A stretch of DNA of 64,000 nt from assembly GCA_951406725.2 (NCBI GenBank), contig OX597819.1, positions 127,224,001-127,288,000 on the forward strand, in the 5' to 3' direction. How positions within the stretch are numbered: position 1 is the first letter of the stretch; every line of letters starts with the position of its first letter. The stretch comes from Octopus vulgaris (taxonomy: Eukaryota). The position numbers and the translations under genes are program-made. Positions 27,341 through 41,289 of this stretch are shown here, piece by piece. The notes under the pieces are model-generated. The model worked only from the letters and a program-made list of their open reading frames with translations. It searched no databases and was not told the origin of the DNA.

Positions 27341-27437
27341 GTGTTTTGGCTGATGAATACGGGACACTTGTATTTGCTGCAATATTTGCAGCTTTTAATA
27401 AAGCTGTTCTTCGTATGAAACAATTGTACTGAACAAC
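27341..27437 (+). ncRNA. type I hammerhead ribozyme (long stem II, palindromic stem III)
   Basis: CUGAUGA 27350-27356, stem II auacg/cguau extended by ggaca/uguuc, GAAA 27417-27420, stem III A-caauug-U, GUA site; stem I uuugg/cugaa with two G-U pairs. Confidence 0.75.
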
Positions 27438-27462
27438 TAATCCATTCTAGTTGCTTTTTTCT

Positions 27463-27525
<63 letters not shown>

Positions 27526-27995
27526 GTCTGTTCGTTTCTATGTTTTTGTTTTTATGTTTTCATTTCTGTTGCGTTCAACGTTTTTTTTATGTCCTGTACC
27601 CATGTATGCATGTATATATACGTATATATGTAGGTATGTACATATATTTATCTATATATGCATATATTTATATATTATTTATATTATTATATATATACAT
27701 ATGTATATATATATGTGTGTGTATATATATATATATGAATATATATATACATATATATATACATATAATTATATATGTACACACATGCATATATAAAGAA
27801 ATTATATATATATATATATATATTACATACATATAATCACACACATACATATACGTATATACATATACAAACCAATGCCGTGGGTTAAAATCTTCAGTAG
27901 AGTCGTTTAATAGTTTCTGGGCTATTTTGGACTGCTCCTCAGAAAGATTGTACTCACGGTTTCCTCCTTCAAACAGCAGTGCGGGTCGGCTGATA

Positions 27996-28097
<102 letters not shown>

Positions 28098-28183
28098 AGC
28101 CATATATATATATATATATAGATAGATGTAAGTATGTACATATATGTATGTAAATATGCATATATTTATATATTATTTATATT

Positions 28184-28233
<50 letters not shown>

Positions 28234-28286
28234 AGTATGTACATATATGTATGTAAATATGCATATATTTATATATTATTTATATT

Positions 28287-28329
<43 letters not shown>

Positions 28330-28336
<7 letters not shown>

Positions 28337-28387
28337 AATATAAATAATATATAAATATATGCATATTTACATACATATATGTACATA

Positions 28388-28430
<43 letters not shown>

Positions 28431-28742
28431 GCATATATGGGTACAGAACATCAAAAAACAAAAACCGTTGAACACAATGAAAAATGAAAACATAAAAACA
28501 AAGGCATGGAAACGAACTTTTTTCAAACAACGAAAAAACATACAACACAAGGAATATTCCCCTTCTTCAGTTGTCCCTGATTCGTCTAGCCGCGTTTCGA
28601 AGGTTAGGATAAGGCGCGACTTCGTTGAAACCGTCCTTCCCGCAAAGCAAATTAAATAAAATTTGGGATTTTTTGTGGAGGGGTAAAAGTGGTAACAAGA
28701 AAAGGACAGTAAGAAACAAACAAGCCAGTAAAAACAATCTAA
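28330..28742 (-). mobile_element. TA-flanked interspersed repeat (family E)
   Basis: Homologous to 19043-19345. Confidence 0.65.
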
Positions 28743-30359
28743 GACTACCATCGTACCACATACAATCGTGGAGATGAACGCACCTATGAAAACAATGGGT
28801 AATTTATATTTTTGGCACTGATTGAAGTAGTGGATTATACAAATTCTATACCAAAGCAAACTGATCTCTTTAGGGATTTGGGGGGGCTTTATACAAAGTG
28901 CTCTGCATATCATTCAGCCTGCATAGTTGCACCTTCCAAATTCAATCATATAACACAGCCTAATGTCAAACTTTCAATAAGTATTTTCGTTGGAGTTATT
29001 AGTAAAGAAACACGCAAAGACCAATGGGAAATGCGCAGAATATAATCAGCACTCGTTAGCAGTGCATTAATTTCTCAGTATCCTACTCAACTGCAAAGTA
29101 AATCTTCCAGAGAGTTAAGTACCCAGCCACCAATACAGCGTTTCAGTTTAAACCATCAGAGCATGGAATATTGAGTAGAACTTCCCAGTTCTCTAGAATA
29201 CCAAAAAGCTAAAAAAGAAAATTAGTCACCTTGTTAATTGAATAACGTAAGTTATGTGGTTGTTTCTTTTAGAAATAGCAACCAAATCGTCGTCAAATGA
29301 ATCTCTCATTTCTTAAAAATGAAAATGTAAAAGATGCTGCAACCTGAATAAAAGGATGTCATCGTAAGAGCAGGGATAATATAATATGGTATGTGTACAT
29401 ACATACATACGAACATACACACACAGACACACACACATATAGATACATGATATGCATGCATACATACATACACACACATACATGCACATACATACATAAA
29501 TATGCGAACATACATACACATACACACACATATATACATACATGCCTACATACATACATACACACACATACATACATACATACATACATACATACAAACA
29601 TACGAACATACATAAACACATTTCCTTCAAGAAATCCCGGATAAACCCCCTACACCCGGATATGTCTCTGTAAACAATAACTCTCTACTTGAGTGGGCCA
29701 TAGTGCCCAAATTCTGACTTGAAAGACTTCACCAGGTGGTGCTATTAAGTTGGACATGGCCTGGGCCAATAATGGCCGAAACCTATCAAAGTATCAAAGT
29801 ATCAAAGTATATACATACATGCATGCATACATACACACACACACATACATACATACATACATACATACATACATACATACATACATACATACATACATAC
29901 ATACATACATACATACATACATACAAATATACATACATACGAACATACATACATCCTAGTTGCATCCTGGTTACACGAGAAAAGACATTGCCGAGAAGAC
30001 TTACTGAAATTATTTATTATTGTTGCCATGTGATGCCCTTATATGACTTTTAAGCCCGGCCAAACTTGTATACATTTTATTACACACTAGACAGCTGTGC
30101 TGGCTGCCAGGAGAAACAGGTGTCACCATATGCACTCTCTTAACATGTCTGTTTTAGACCTCCAACTGAGAGGCACACCCTTTCACATTTTACATATTTT
30201 CTCTTGTGAATTGTAACAGCCACATCACTGTTTATCATGGGTCGATTTCTGTGAGATTATTGATGGTGCACCAGACCTGCACGACTTAAACACCTCCTCC
30301 TACAAACCACACACATAAAAAAAACAACACTCTCCCACATGATGGAGCACGCAAGTGTG

Positions 30360-30595
30360 ATAGGATATACTTTCTTTCGTGTGGGCAGCGATTAAAAATT
30401 TCACTACTGTTATTCAGCTAAATGTGTGGCTGCTGAGAGCTCTTTAAAATTGGGCTTTTTTTCAGCTAGGTATAATCTGCACGTCCTTTTGTTATTGAAG
30501 TACGCTTTACATTTCTCTAGAATCTTCCACTTTATGCTGTGCTCGGTGGCACTTTCTTTCAATAACCATACGTGCTTGGCTAGGCATTGTGGCAT
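30360..30595 (-). pseudogene. Penelope-like element GIY-YIG endonuclease C-terminal fragment
   Basis: CLAKHVWLLKESATEHSIKWKILEKCKAY...CRLYLAEK, then after a frameshift LNNSSEIFNRCPHERKY; matches the PLE pattern LSKHIW.LK..I.W.I..C.LC..EK..LN..E...C.H. Confidence 0.8.
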
Positions 30596-31294
30596 TAGGT
30601 CTCCCCGGGATGTCTGAGGAGGACTTGTGGTTGTTACAGCGGATTCTGATGGGGATTTCAGTTATTTCCACGTACTTTCGCACGTTTGATTGCCGATTGG
30701 GTCCTATTGCTGTTACATCTGCCTCGTATACAACGGTCTCCGTGTAACAGTGGACATGTGTTACCCCTACATGAGAATCATGCCTCTGTCTCAGGTGTGG
30801 GCCTACCTGCTAAAATATTGTTTACATTGGTTGGGTACCACAGTTAAAGAAATTATCAGAGTATGCATATTAAATATTAAATATTTTGCTGAACCTATTT
30901 GTACGGAGAAAGTGCTTGTCTACTAATATATATGCATACATTTGTATGCATTTATGTGTGTGAGCATCTCTGTACGTGCGCATTTATGAGTGTCATCTAA
31001 AGCAAGTCTCTCTTACCAAAACATCAGATCGACCCTATCCCACTGAGTGGAACAGAGGAGACGCAAGCTATGTGGGAAGTCCATCGAAGGGACTGTAGCT
31101 ATAGTTCCAAGGTCCAGCATTGTCGCTCTGTGTTACGGTGCACATGTCTTCATATACACCCAGCCACTTTCGCAGGATTATTTGATTAGTCAGTTATTAC
31201 ATTCATCAAATAACTGGAGGTCCATACGTCTTCTTCACTGGCGGCTATACAGAAACTAGAGCAAACACACGCACACACACACACGCACACACAG

Positions 31295-31428
<134 letters not shown>

Positions 31429-31431
31429 ATA

Positions 31432-31636
31432 ACACGCCGGGCGAAATGCGTAGCCCTATTTCGTCTGTCGTTACGTTCCCAGTTCAAATTCCGTCGAAGT
31501 CAACTTTGCCTTTCATCCTTTCGGGGTCGATAAATTAAGTACCAGTTACGCACTGGGGTCGATGTAATCGACTTAATCCGTTTGTCTGTCCTTGTTTGTC
31601 CCCTCTGTGTTTAACTACTTGTGGGTAGTAAAGAAA
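31432..31636 (+). mobile_element. SINE family C monomer after a (CA)n tract (31265-31427)
   Basis: acgccgggcgaaatgcgtag head remnant, box B, central domain, tail. Confidence 0.85.
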
Positions 31637-31938
31637 TATATATATGTATGGATGCATGTATGTATGCATATATGTATGTACGTGTGTGGTGTAACCCCCA
31701 CACACATGTACACCCAGGCACACGCACACACACAGACGTATACACACACAGAATCATAAAAACATATACGCTATTCTCACATATAGCTAATTGTATTTAT
31801 GTCTTGTTAACAAATTCTGCCGCTGTTTCCAAAATGTCGTTGTTCGGTGGACTGCAGACATCCAGCCATTTTTCTTTTTAACAACATTCATAAATACATT
31901 TGCGAATAAAACAAACGGAGGCTAAGACTATATACACA

Positions 31939-31984
<46 letters not shown>

Positions 31985-32979
31985 TCACACACACACACAC
32001 ACACACATACAGACATATTCACACACACACACAGACATACACACACATACACACACATACATACACACATACACACATATTCACACATACACACACACGC
32101 ACGCACACGCACGCACGTACATGTACACACACACAAACACATACACACGCACGCATGCACACACACGTACACACACACACACGCACACACACATACACAC
32201 TCGCACACACCCACGTACAAACATATGTAATTATATATGCACATGCATATATGCAAATATAGGCATATAGGAATATACACACCTCTATACATGTGCTTGT
32301 GTATAAATACAATTACAAGTAGTATCCTTACACATGAAATCACATATACACACGGTTAAAGGCTCCTCAATATATATACTGTTATGTGTACGCTTGCATG
32401 CGTATGATATGAACACAAACACTTTGAAGATGTACAAACAAGTGTGCAGGGATATATATATGAGAATATATATATATGCGCGTTTGTATCCGTGAGTGTG
32501 TATAACATTTGTCTTGATAAAGGAGTCAAAATAAATACATCTTGTCAACATGTCTGTCCTTCTTTCTTTCCTTGCTACTGTCTTTCTCTCTCTCTTTATT
32601 TCTCAAACTCTTTCCATTCTCACTTCTTCTCTCGGTCGATTCGCTGAGTTATTTTAATAACTAAACCGTGAACTGTTTTGACAGACAATGACAAGTCTTT
32701 AAACTTTCTGTAAAGTTTCCTTCTCTATTTGTAATCCATTAAACAAGCTCATGGCTTGTTTCCAACCAGTTTTTATTTACAGGATATCTTTTGCACAGAA
32801 AATAACACTGTTCTCTGTTTGGGATATTTAACCTCAAGTTTCCTTTACTCTATAACAACGATAGCAGACTTGCAGAAAATTTTATTCACAACATAGGAAA
32901 AATTCGTACTAAAGGGCTTCATATCTTTCGCTTCTATGTATAACATATCCTTTTCATTTTGGAACGGATAAACAATAAA

Positions 32980-33108
32980 ACTATTGAAAAGGTTGCAAGA
33001 CGCTACGAAAATTTTAGGACAATAAAAATAAGAAAACAGTGGAAATTTTACCGGTGAGTGTGTTACATTATAAGGCACAAAAGGAAAATGACTCACCCCA
33101 GACACAAC
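32980..33108 (+). repeat. single arm of the repeat that forms the 61597-61862 palindrome
   Basis: ttgaaaaggttgcaagacgc...gactcaccccagacacaa matches 61733-61858. Confidence 0.85.
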
Positions 33109-33239
33109 AGGATAAACATATTGTTTTCTATTATTTTCTAACCGCGATCCGACGCCATTTTTGTGTCCAAATGCGTTTCTAATTTTTAAAATATTTTCTC
33201 TTTATCTTGTTTCGATGGGACAACAACTGGAGGATTTTT

Positions 33240-33540
33240 AGTTGAGTGAATCGAGCTCAGAACTCTTTTCTTAAGCCTGGTATTTATTCTATGGGTCATT
33301 TTTGCCAAGCTTCTATGTTACGATGTCATAAACACACCATCACCGGTTGGGGAAACAAAGACACACATACACACGCATTCATACTCAGACACTTACACAC
33401 ACGACGGACTTCTTTCCGTTTCCACCTACAAAATCAAATCACAAAGATTTGGTCGACTCGGGGCTAGAGTAGAAAAGAATGGAACTGAACCCAGAATTAT
33501 GTAGTTGGGAAGTAGGCTTCTTACCTCACCTTCACGCCTG
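33240..33540 (-). mobile_element. degenerate SINE family B
   Basis: ttccgtttcca.cta.aaaatc, ggtcgactcggggcta and ggaactgaaccc match the family B reverse complement. Confidence 0.6.
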
Positions 33541-36419
33541 GGCCTCTGCGTATGACTTTTAGACAAACGAAAAGGGAAATGCCTGAGTACACAAATACCA
33601 TTATTTTACGAATAAAGCAAAATGTTATTATCGAATATGTAAATCCATTCCATCGACAAGGGTTAAGAGAGCTTTTTAACGACACAGATCATTTAGTAAT
33701 ATTGATAATTATACGTCGATAGGTTACCGGAAAGTTAGCTTCTTTATTGCTCAAAACAACGACATTTGTTAATGAAATAAAATCGCTGGCTAAGCTAAAC
33801 ACACTAAAATGACAAAAAAAAAAACAGAGAGAGAGAGAGAGAGAAACAGAGACAGAGACAGACAGACAGAGACAGGCAGAGACAGAGAGACAGAGAGACA
33901 GAGACAAAGAGAGGTGAGAGACGAAGGAGAGAGAGAAGGAAGGACAGCGGGAGAAATAGAGAGAGAGAGAGAAAGATAGGTGGGAGGAGTGTAGATCATC
34001 CAATTATGGTAGTAGTTGAATAATATTCTTAAGGCCGTAATTTACGCACATGCAGCATCTTTCATAGCTTTGTCGCTAGTTCAGTTCTTAATCAAATCTA
34101 AAACAGTTAACATTTTTGTTACATTTTAGCATAAAAAATTAAGATTTGGTCCAGTATAAAAAGTTTGCATCAAAATTTGTGGCAACGTTATAGGAGAGTA
34201 AGTAACGCCTCCAATCAAGTTTAGATCAAACTAACTTTTTTATTTTAAAGGCAAAATATATTTATCTTAGCTTCAATGATATAAGAAAGTATAAAGAATT
34301 TCAAAATTTTGGTCCCATGCAGAAAAATTTGTATAAAAAGTTGTGAGGTAAAACATAATAAAAAATATAAGGCAAAAAATTGGATTTAAGTATAATTAAG
34401 TATAATTAAGTTTTTAATTCTAAAACTATATTTTAATTAAATTTAAAAGATAGAGTTCAATTCGATAAATTTCATGGTATCAATCTCATGCAATGAAGTT
34501 GTAAAAGAAAAAATTATGAGCGACGGTTTCTCAAATTTGAGCGTGATAATATAGTTCTAAACTTTTTTATGACTATAGTTCTACAAGGGGACTTTTGATA
34601 TGTCACCGGCATCACAGAGGTAACGAAAAAATTATCAACGACACTACTAATTTGCAATTAGTTTAATTACGTCAGCTTAAATGGGAGACAATTTTCAACA
34701 AGGTAAAATCTTTAATTATTAACTATCACATTATTAATTAGCATAATAGCATAGCCTGGAGAAAAAAAACATGGATTACATGGAAAAATACCAGCAAGTA
34801 AGATAATATTCTTAAGATTAAACCCTAGAAAAGTACAGTTATAACACTTGGAAAAGTTCTGGTAGGGTACAGAACAGGAAAATTTTTACTTAAAATATTG
34901 CAGCTGAAGATAAAAATTTGAATATCAAAAATTATTTGATTTTAATTTACAATGTGATATTATAATTAAAAAAGGTACCAGCATTTTGTTAAAATATTGA
35001 AACACTAGAATACATAAAAAAATGAGAGCCTGAAGCACCAATATAACTAAAGTAGAAGTAGAATAGTATATATGGTAGGTAAATTCATTATGTCAAAAAT
35101 AGGCATTGGGTCAAGACTAAAAATGTGAAGACTTGGCAATAACTCAAGCAAATTTTACTGTGAATTTGTTGTTATAGGTAGATTTTACTGTAACATATAA
35201 CTAATTTTTGTATTATTCTATTTATTGTACTAACTAATAAGTACTACTACTATTTTTTAAAACCTATTTTCAAATTTATAATTATTAATTAATAACTGAA
35301 AGAATGAATTTTTTAAAGTGCAAAAATATTTTGAGTTGTTTTTTTTTAATTTTTAATTGAAGTAACAAATAATAACAAATAAAAGCAATAACATGTAATA
35401 AAATTTTTAGTTTTAATAAAAGCTAATATTTTCTAAATCTTAATATTTTCTTTGAAATTCTATCTTTAGCTACAATATCTTAAGTAAAACATTTCTTGTT
35501 CTGTTCTTTACCAGATATAATAACTTGTCCTGGACTTTTCCAAGTGTAATAACTTGTCCTGTACTTTTCTAGGTTTACAATCTTAAGAATATTATTGCTT
35601 TTGCTCGCATTTTTCCATGTAATATATATATATATATATATTAAAATATTTTTTATTAATACATTTAATGCGTTAACCGGTTTCAGTTTACACTGATTTT
35701 CAAAGATTTCAAATAAAAAGACGTGGATTATATTGCAGTTATCTTGCTTCTGACTAGTTTTGGAAGTTTGCCCTATCATTATAGGGAGTTCATGGCTCAA
35801 ATTAGTATATGTTTTGAATAGGATTTGATTGGCAGAGAATAGTCACATGGCAGATCTTGGAATTTTTTTAGGTTCTCCGTTACCTCCTTGTGTGAGTATC
35901 AAGTGACAACGTTTGGCGTCGTAGCTGAAGGCTGACACATTCAGCTTTAACTTATAAGACCAAACATTGTTACTTGATACTAAAACACGGATATATATTC
36001 TTTATATTCTATAAATATATTTGATGCCATAAGAATTTTATAAATTTTCGATAAAAAACAAAATATTCATTTTGGGGAATTGAATCTCAAAGTATATATA
36101 AACTTATTAATAATAACATGCAACTATTGGGGTCTTTAGTCCAATATGTTACATGCACTTATATATAGCGTTAAATGTACTTCGAGATTCGATTCCAAGA
36201 AAGAGTTATTTCGTATTTTCTCAAAAGTTTATATAATTTTTATGACGCAAAAAAAGGGGGTCGGAAACGATGACTGGTTCGATGGTAGATCGCCTGTCAT
36301 GCCCGTAGGAGATGTGGGCTCGGGTCTCACGGGTAGCGCATCAGCTTTTCTATCCGGTAGAGATTTGAAACCAATACTTTCACACTATTGTATATAAGCA
36401 ACAAGGATATCCAGAGGTA

Positions 36420-36508
36420 ATGCAGTACGATCGTTTCATGCGACTCCATTTAATTGAACAATGCAAACATTACATCAATTTAAAATGTAGAGCAATCTTC
36501 AGTTGCAT
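36420..36508 (-). ncRNA. type I hammerhead ribozyme (left arm of palindrome)
   Basis: Minus: augcaa-CUGAAGA-uugc...gcau-GAAA-cgaucg-UA-cugcau; intact core, palindromic stem III ACGAUCGU. Confidence 0.7.
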
Positions 36509-36566
36509 AAAAATATAGAATTTAGTTAAATTCGAAGGACTCATTTTTATAAAAAAATTATTTTTT

Positions 36567-36655
36567 ATGCAGCTGAAGATTGGTCTACATTTTGAATTGA
36601 TGTAATGTTTGCATTGTTCAACTAAATAGAGTTGCATGAAACGATCGGACTGCAT
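36567..36655 (+). ncRNA. type I hammerhead ribozyme (right arm; U16.1 replaced by G)
   Basis: augcag-CUGAAGA(36573-36579)-...-GAAA(36638-36641)-cgaucg-GA-cugcau; perfect 6-bp stem I. Confidence 0.65.
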
Positions 36656-36771
36656 TACCTCTGGATATCATTGTTGCTTATTTTGATTATAATCACTTTA
36701 TTTTAAATTATATAGATAATACCATACTAAATTCTGGTGGCTTCGACTTAAGTACCATATTCATCTCAACC

Positions 36772-36803
<32 letters not shown>

Positions 36804-36804
36804 C

Positions 36805-36844
<40 letters not shown>

Positions 36845-36869
36845 GTGTATATATATATATATATATTTG

Positions 36870-37201
36870 GGAGACACCCTTCGGTCATTAATGACCATGG
36901 GATTGCACCTAGATAGTTACCCTCCGAGGCTAAAGTCCGGGCAAAGTCGTTTATGGAAGGCCAGCAGTCACTCATGCATACCAGCCTCCCCTCTTCACAC
37001 CAATTATGTTATCGAAGAGAAAAGCAAAGGCCAATACAGCTTGGCACTATTGATGTTGCAACTCATTTCTACAGCTGAGTTAACTGGAGCAACGTGAAAT
37101 AAAGTGTCTTGCTCAAGAACACAACACGCAGCCCGGTCCAGGAATCGAACTCACAACCTCACGATCGTAAGCTCGACGCTCTAACCACTGAGCCATGCGC
37201 C
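36870..37201 (-). mobile_element. SINE family A, tail type 1
   Basis: Reverse-complement match to 683-1040; inserted in a (TA)n tract. Confidence 0.88.
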
Positions 37202-37575
<374 letters not shown>

Positions 37576-37869
37576 TATGTACATACAGGTATACATACAC
37601 ACAGACTCATGAACACGATAAGAATGTTCTTAGAGAATCAATTCCAAGTATCAATACAAGTGGCGTAATGTTGAGAACATAGTTTACCTATGCAGTAATG
37701 GCGAAAGCAAGCATTTCCCGCGAAAACTGACAGGTGTCATTCGCTTCACTAATTTTCTTTTTATATCAGACTTATTTCACTTTTTACGCAACGTCTTTGT
37801 AAAGTAAAACACACTAAATAAATATATATTTATATCTTCAGTCACACACATACACACACGCGCGCATTG

Positions 37870-37931
<62 letters not shown>

Positions 37932-37967
37932 CACATGTATATTATTGCAAAGAGGTATATTCCAATT

Positions 37968-38021
<54 letters not shown>

Positions 38022-40493
38022 CATAAAAAATACACGCATGGCTTTGTCTTTTGTATATGATTTTTGATTTGTGTAACTTCCTATAAGTCTGTGTCTGAAA
38101 TATTTAATAGCACACCCACGTTCACACACGGGCATATATTTTATCCATGTTGAACACCATAAAATGCTATTTTTAGATGTAGTAATGCATCCGCATATAT
38201 GCATATATGCTTTTATATTGGGTGTATGTATGTATGCATTTATATATATGTGTATGTAGATGATACTTAAATTATCGACTTCGGCCTAGGACCAAAGGCC
38301 AATTCGAACTTAAAACATAATAGGAATTAACGATTAAATTTCACAAAGTAATTTGTCCGATGCTCAAATGACTCTTTTAATAAGTGTTTCCACTACAACG
38401 AAAATATCTAGGAAGTTGAAATCCAGATTTTCTGCAATTAGAAAATACAATTAAAAAGAAAAAAAAATTCTTATATCCCTAGCAACGGACCATTCTGGGA
38501 TTCTGCATAAAATTCTTTGGAAATTGTCAAAAGGACACGAGCACAAGATATGATTGTTAATATAACACAATTGCTAACCAAGCCAGCTAGATCTTGGTGT
38601 TACAGGTGAAGATGCGAAGCAGCAAGAGCCCTGTTAATTTTAAGTCATAGTGTTAATCCGATTTAAACCCAGATTTCTTTCTTGGAGCCTACTGTACAGT
38701 AAACGTTTCGGCAAAATTTTCAGTTTGAGGACATCCTTCGTGCCACCTAGCTTAGGTTCTGTTCTTGATCAAGCCATTAGACTAAAATGTATAGTTTGAA
38801 GAAATATAGGCTCTAACAGACTCGAGTTAGATCCAAAATGACGAAGTTATTTAATGGTGAAAGCATACACATAACACAAGTGGCATAAATATTCTGTTGT
38901 AGTTAAATATTCTTAAATGATATGGAATATATCCTTAACTAATAACACTGCTGAATCGTATAGAATTGCATTTCTTGTTCTGAGCGAAAAAAAAGCCACA
39001 CCAAAGAATTTTCAAACAAAAATTCTCAATTCACCGTTATGGTGATGGGTATACAATATTTTTGCTCGCTATAGCGAGCCATAATTGACAATTTTTCTAT
39101 TCACGGAACCAAAACTCGCGCCTTCTCACTGTAACACTCCAGACCAACAAGCGTTGCATTCTGGGTAACCGGAAGTAAGCAATGTACTTACCACACAACC
39201 ACTCATACGCCTGTTATATATATATATATATATATGATATTCATAAATATATATATTCCATACACATATGCACACAAATCCCCACCTCACTCACACACTT
39301 ATTCTACACCATTAAATTAAACATTCATTGATTCGTTGTGGTTTAACATCTGGAACACCTTTTCTAACACTCATAACCACCATCATGCTGAAAGACGTAC
39401 TAAAACTATTATATAAATCTGTGTATATATATTTCTCCTACCTTTGCTCCGTAGTACTCCGTATATAAATTACTTACCAACTATTCAGAAAGCAGACAGT
39501 ATTATGAAACATAACAGTAGCAGTTGTACATCTATTTGTATATACAATTCGTATTTGAAATTGAATATAGTGAGAAACGATGATGGAAACAAATTCGTTG
39601 TAAAAATGTAACAAATGGTTTGCTTCATTAAGCACGAAACTTTTTCTGTAGTAAAAACTATCAAGGATATGAAATTCCTACAATATTTACCAAAAAAGTT
39701 CAATGCAGGAAAAGCTAACTTATTTTCAGTAATGTATGATGCTTTGTGCGCTGTATTTGTGCAATGTTTGAAGTGTATGATATATATGCACATTGCAAAT
39801 ATGCATAATTCACTTTTGGAACATTGTGTCATGTCTACAAGAGGTGGAGCTTCGAGCGCCACGTGAAATCTTCGACCTTTTCTGCCCAAAAGGGATTTTC
39901 GACCCAATGTTTACATGCTGTTTAAGGCGGCAAACTAGCAGAATCGTTGACACGATGTGCAAGATGTTCAGCAGCATTTCGTCCGTCTCTTCTCTACGTT
40001 CTGCGTTCAAATTCAAACGTTGACTTTGCCTTTTATCCTTCCAGAGTCGAGCTCTGGGGTCGATTTAATTGACATGGCCTCTCTCCCCAAACTGTTGACC
40101 TTGTGGCAAAATTTGAAACTAATATTTACATGGGCTAAAACTACGCGCCTTCACAGTGTCACGTGACAACTTGCTGGGGCTGCATGCTGGAGCCTAGCGG
40201 CAGGTATTTAAAGGGGAAATTTGACAAGTCAGTCAGTCACCGGCTGACACTCGCTGATGATACATCGAAGAGGCCAGGGAACAGAAGAAAGAAGAAGAAA
40301 GAAGACATACACCCAACACCAGAGCTGAAGACACCTCCGAAGGGGGGGAGGCGCCACGTCAAACGGTAGACGAGTAGGGGCCGAAACCGGACGTGGTTCC
40401 TCCAGATGATGTCTTGAGCTAACTGGATCCTATAAAGGAGCTGTTGTGGTAGCAGACCACGAAACACGGTTGTAATTCCTTATAGCTTTAAAT

Positions 40494-40712
40494 AAGACGG
40501 TGAGCTGGCATAATCGTTAGTGCACCGGGGAAAATACATAGCGGCATTTCATTCGCCTTGACGCTCTGAACTCAAATTCCACCGAGGTCGACTTTGCCTT
40601 ACATCGCTTTCAGGATCGATAAAATAATCACAAATTTCGCATTGCGGTCGATGTAATCGACTATCGCCCCTCCCCCCAAATTTCAGACCCTGTGCCTATA
40701 GTAGAAAGGATT
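40494..40712 (+). mobile_element. SINE family C monomer (alternative tail); more diverged relatives at about 39924-40120 (+) and 41450-41640 (-)
   Basis: gagctggcataatcgttag head, ctcaaattcc box B, gtcgactttgcctt domain. Confidence 0.75.
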
Positions 40713-41014
40713 TTTTATAGCTTTACATGTACTCCGAGAACCAATTTCAATATGGCAAATATGAGGTCATGTTCCTTGTTCTTTCGAAAGTTTATAAAAT
40801 TCGTATGATGTCAACGACGATCAATTCTTGCTGATGAAAATGAAGTTTCTAAAATATATAACGAAATTCGAAGGTTTGCTTCGGTACAACAAAGCACCTT
40901 TTATGTCAACGGGAGATCTCAGTTCTGGCCCACGGGCAGTGTTTGACTTTTTCTGTCCAAAACAGGTTTTTAACCCAATATTTTCATACTAGTAGTTATA
41001 TAGCTTTATTTGTA

Positions 41015-41126
41015 CAGTAATCCCTCGCCAAATCGCGATTTAATTATTTAAGCTTATGTCGATTCCTTCGTGGTGTTGGTTTGCATTTATAATAAAATAA
41101 ATTTATACAAATTTTAAAAATAATAC

Positions 41127-41205
<79 letters not shown>

Positions 41206-41289
41206 TACAGTACTGTTTCTACTTCGTGTATTTTCGCCTATCGCAGGGAGTTTTGGAATGTAACACCCTCGATAGTCGAGAGATTACTA
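41015..41289. mobile_element. Tc1/mariner (pogo/Tigger-type) MITE
   Basis: TA-CAGTAATCCCTCG ... CGAGAGATTACTA-TA: imperfect TIRs with TA TSD. Confidence 0.7.

Noticed and set aside
27880-27970. Hammerhead-like CUGANGA...GAAA on minus here, at 350-405 and at 60495-60555
   Set aside because: Stems I/II do not pair adequately or U16.1 is missing
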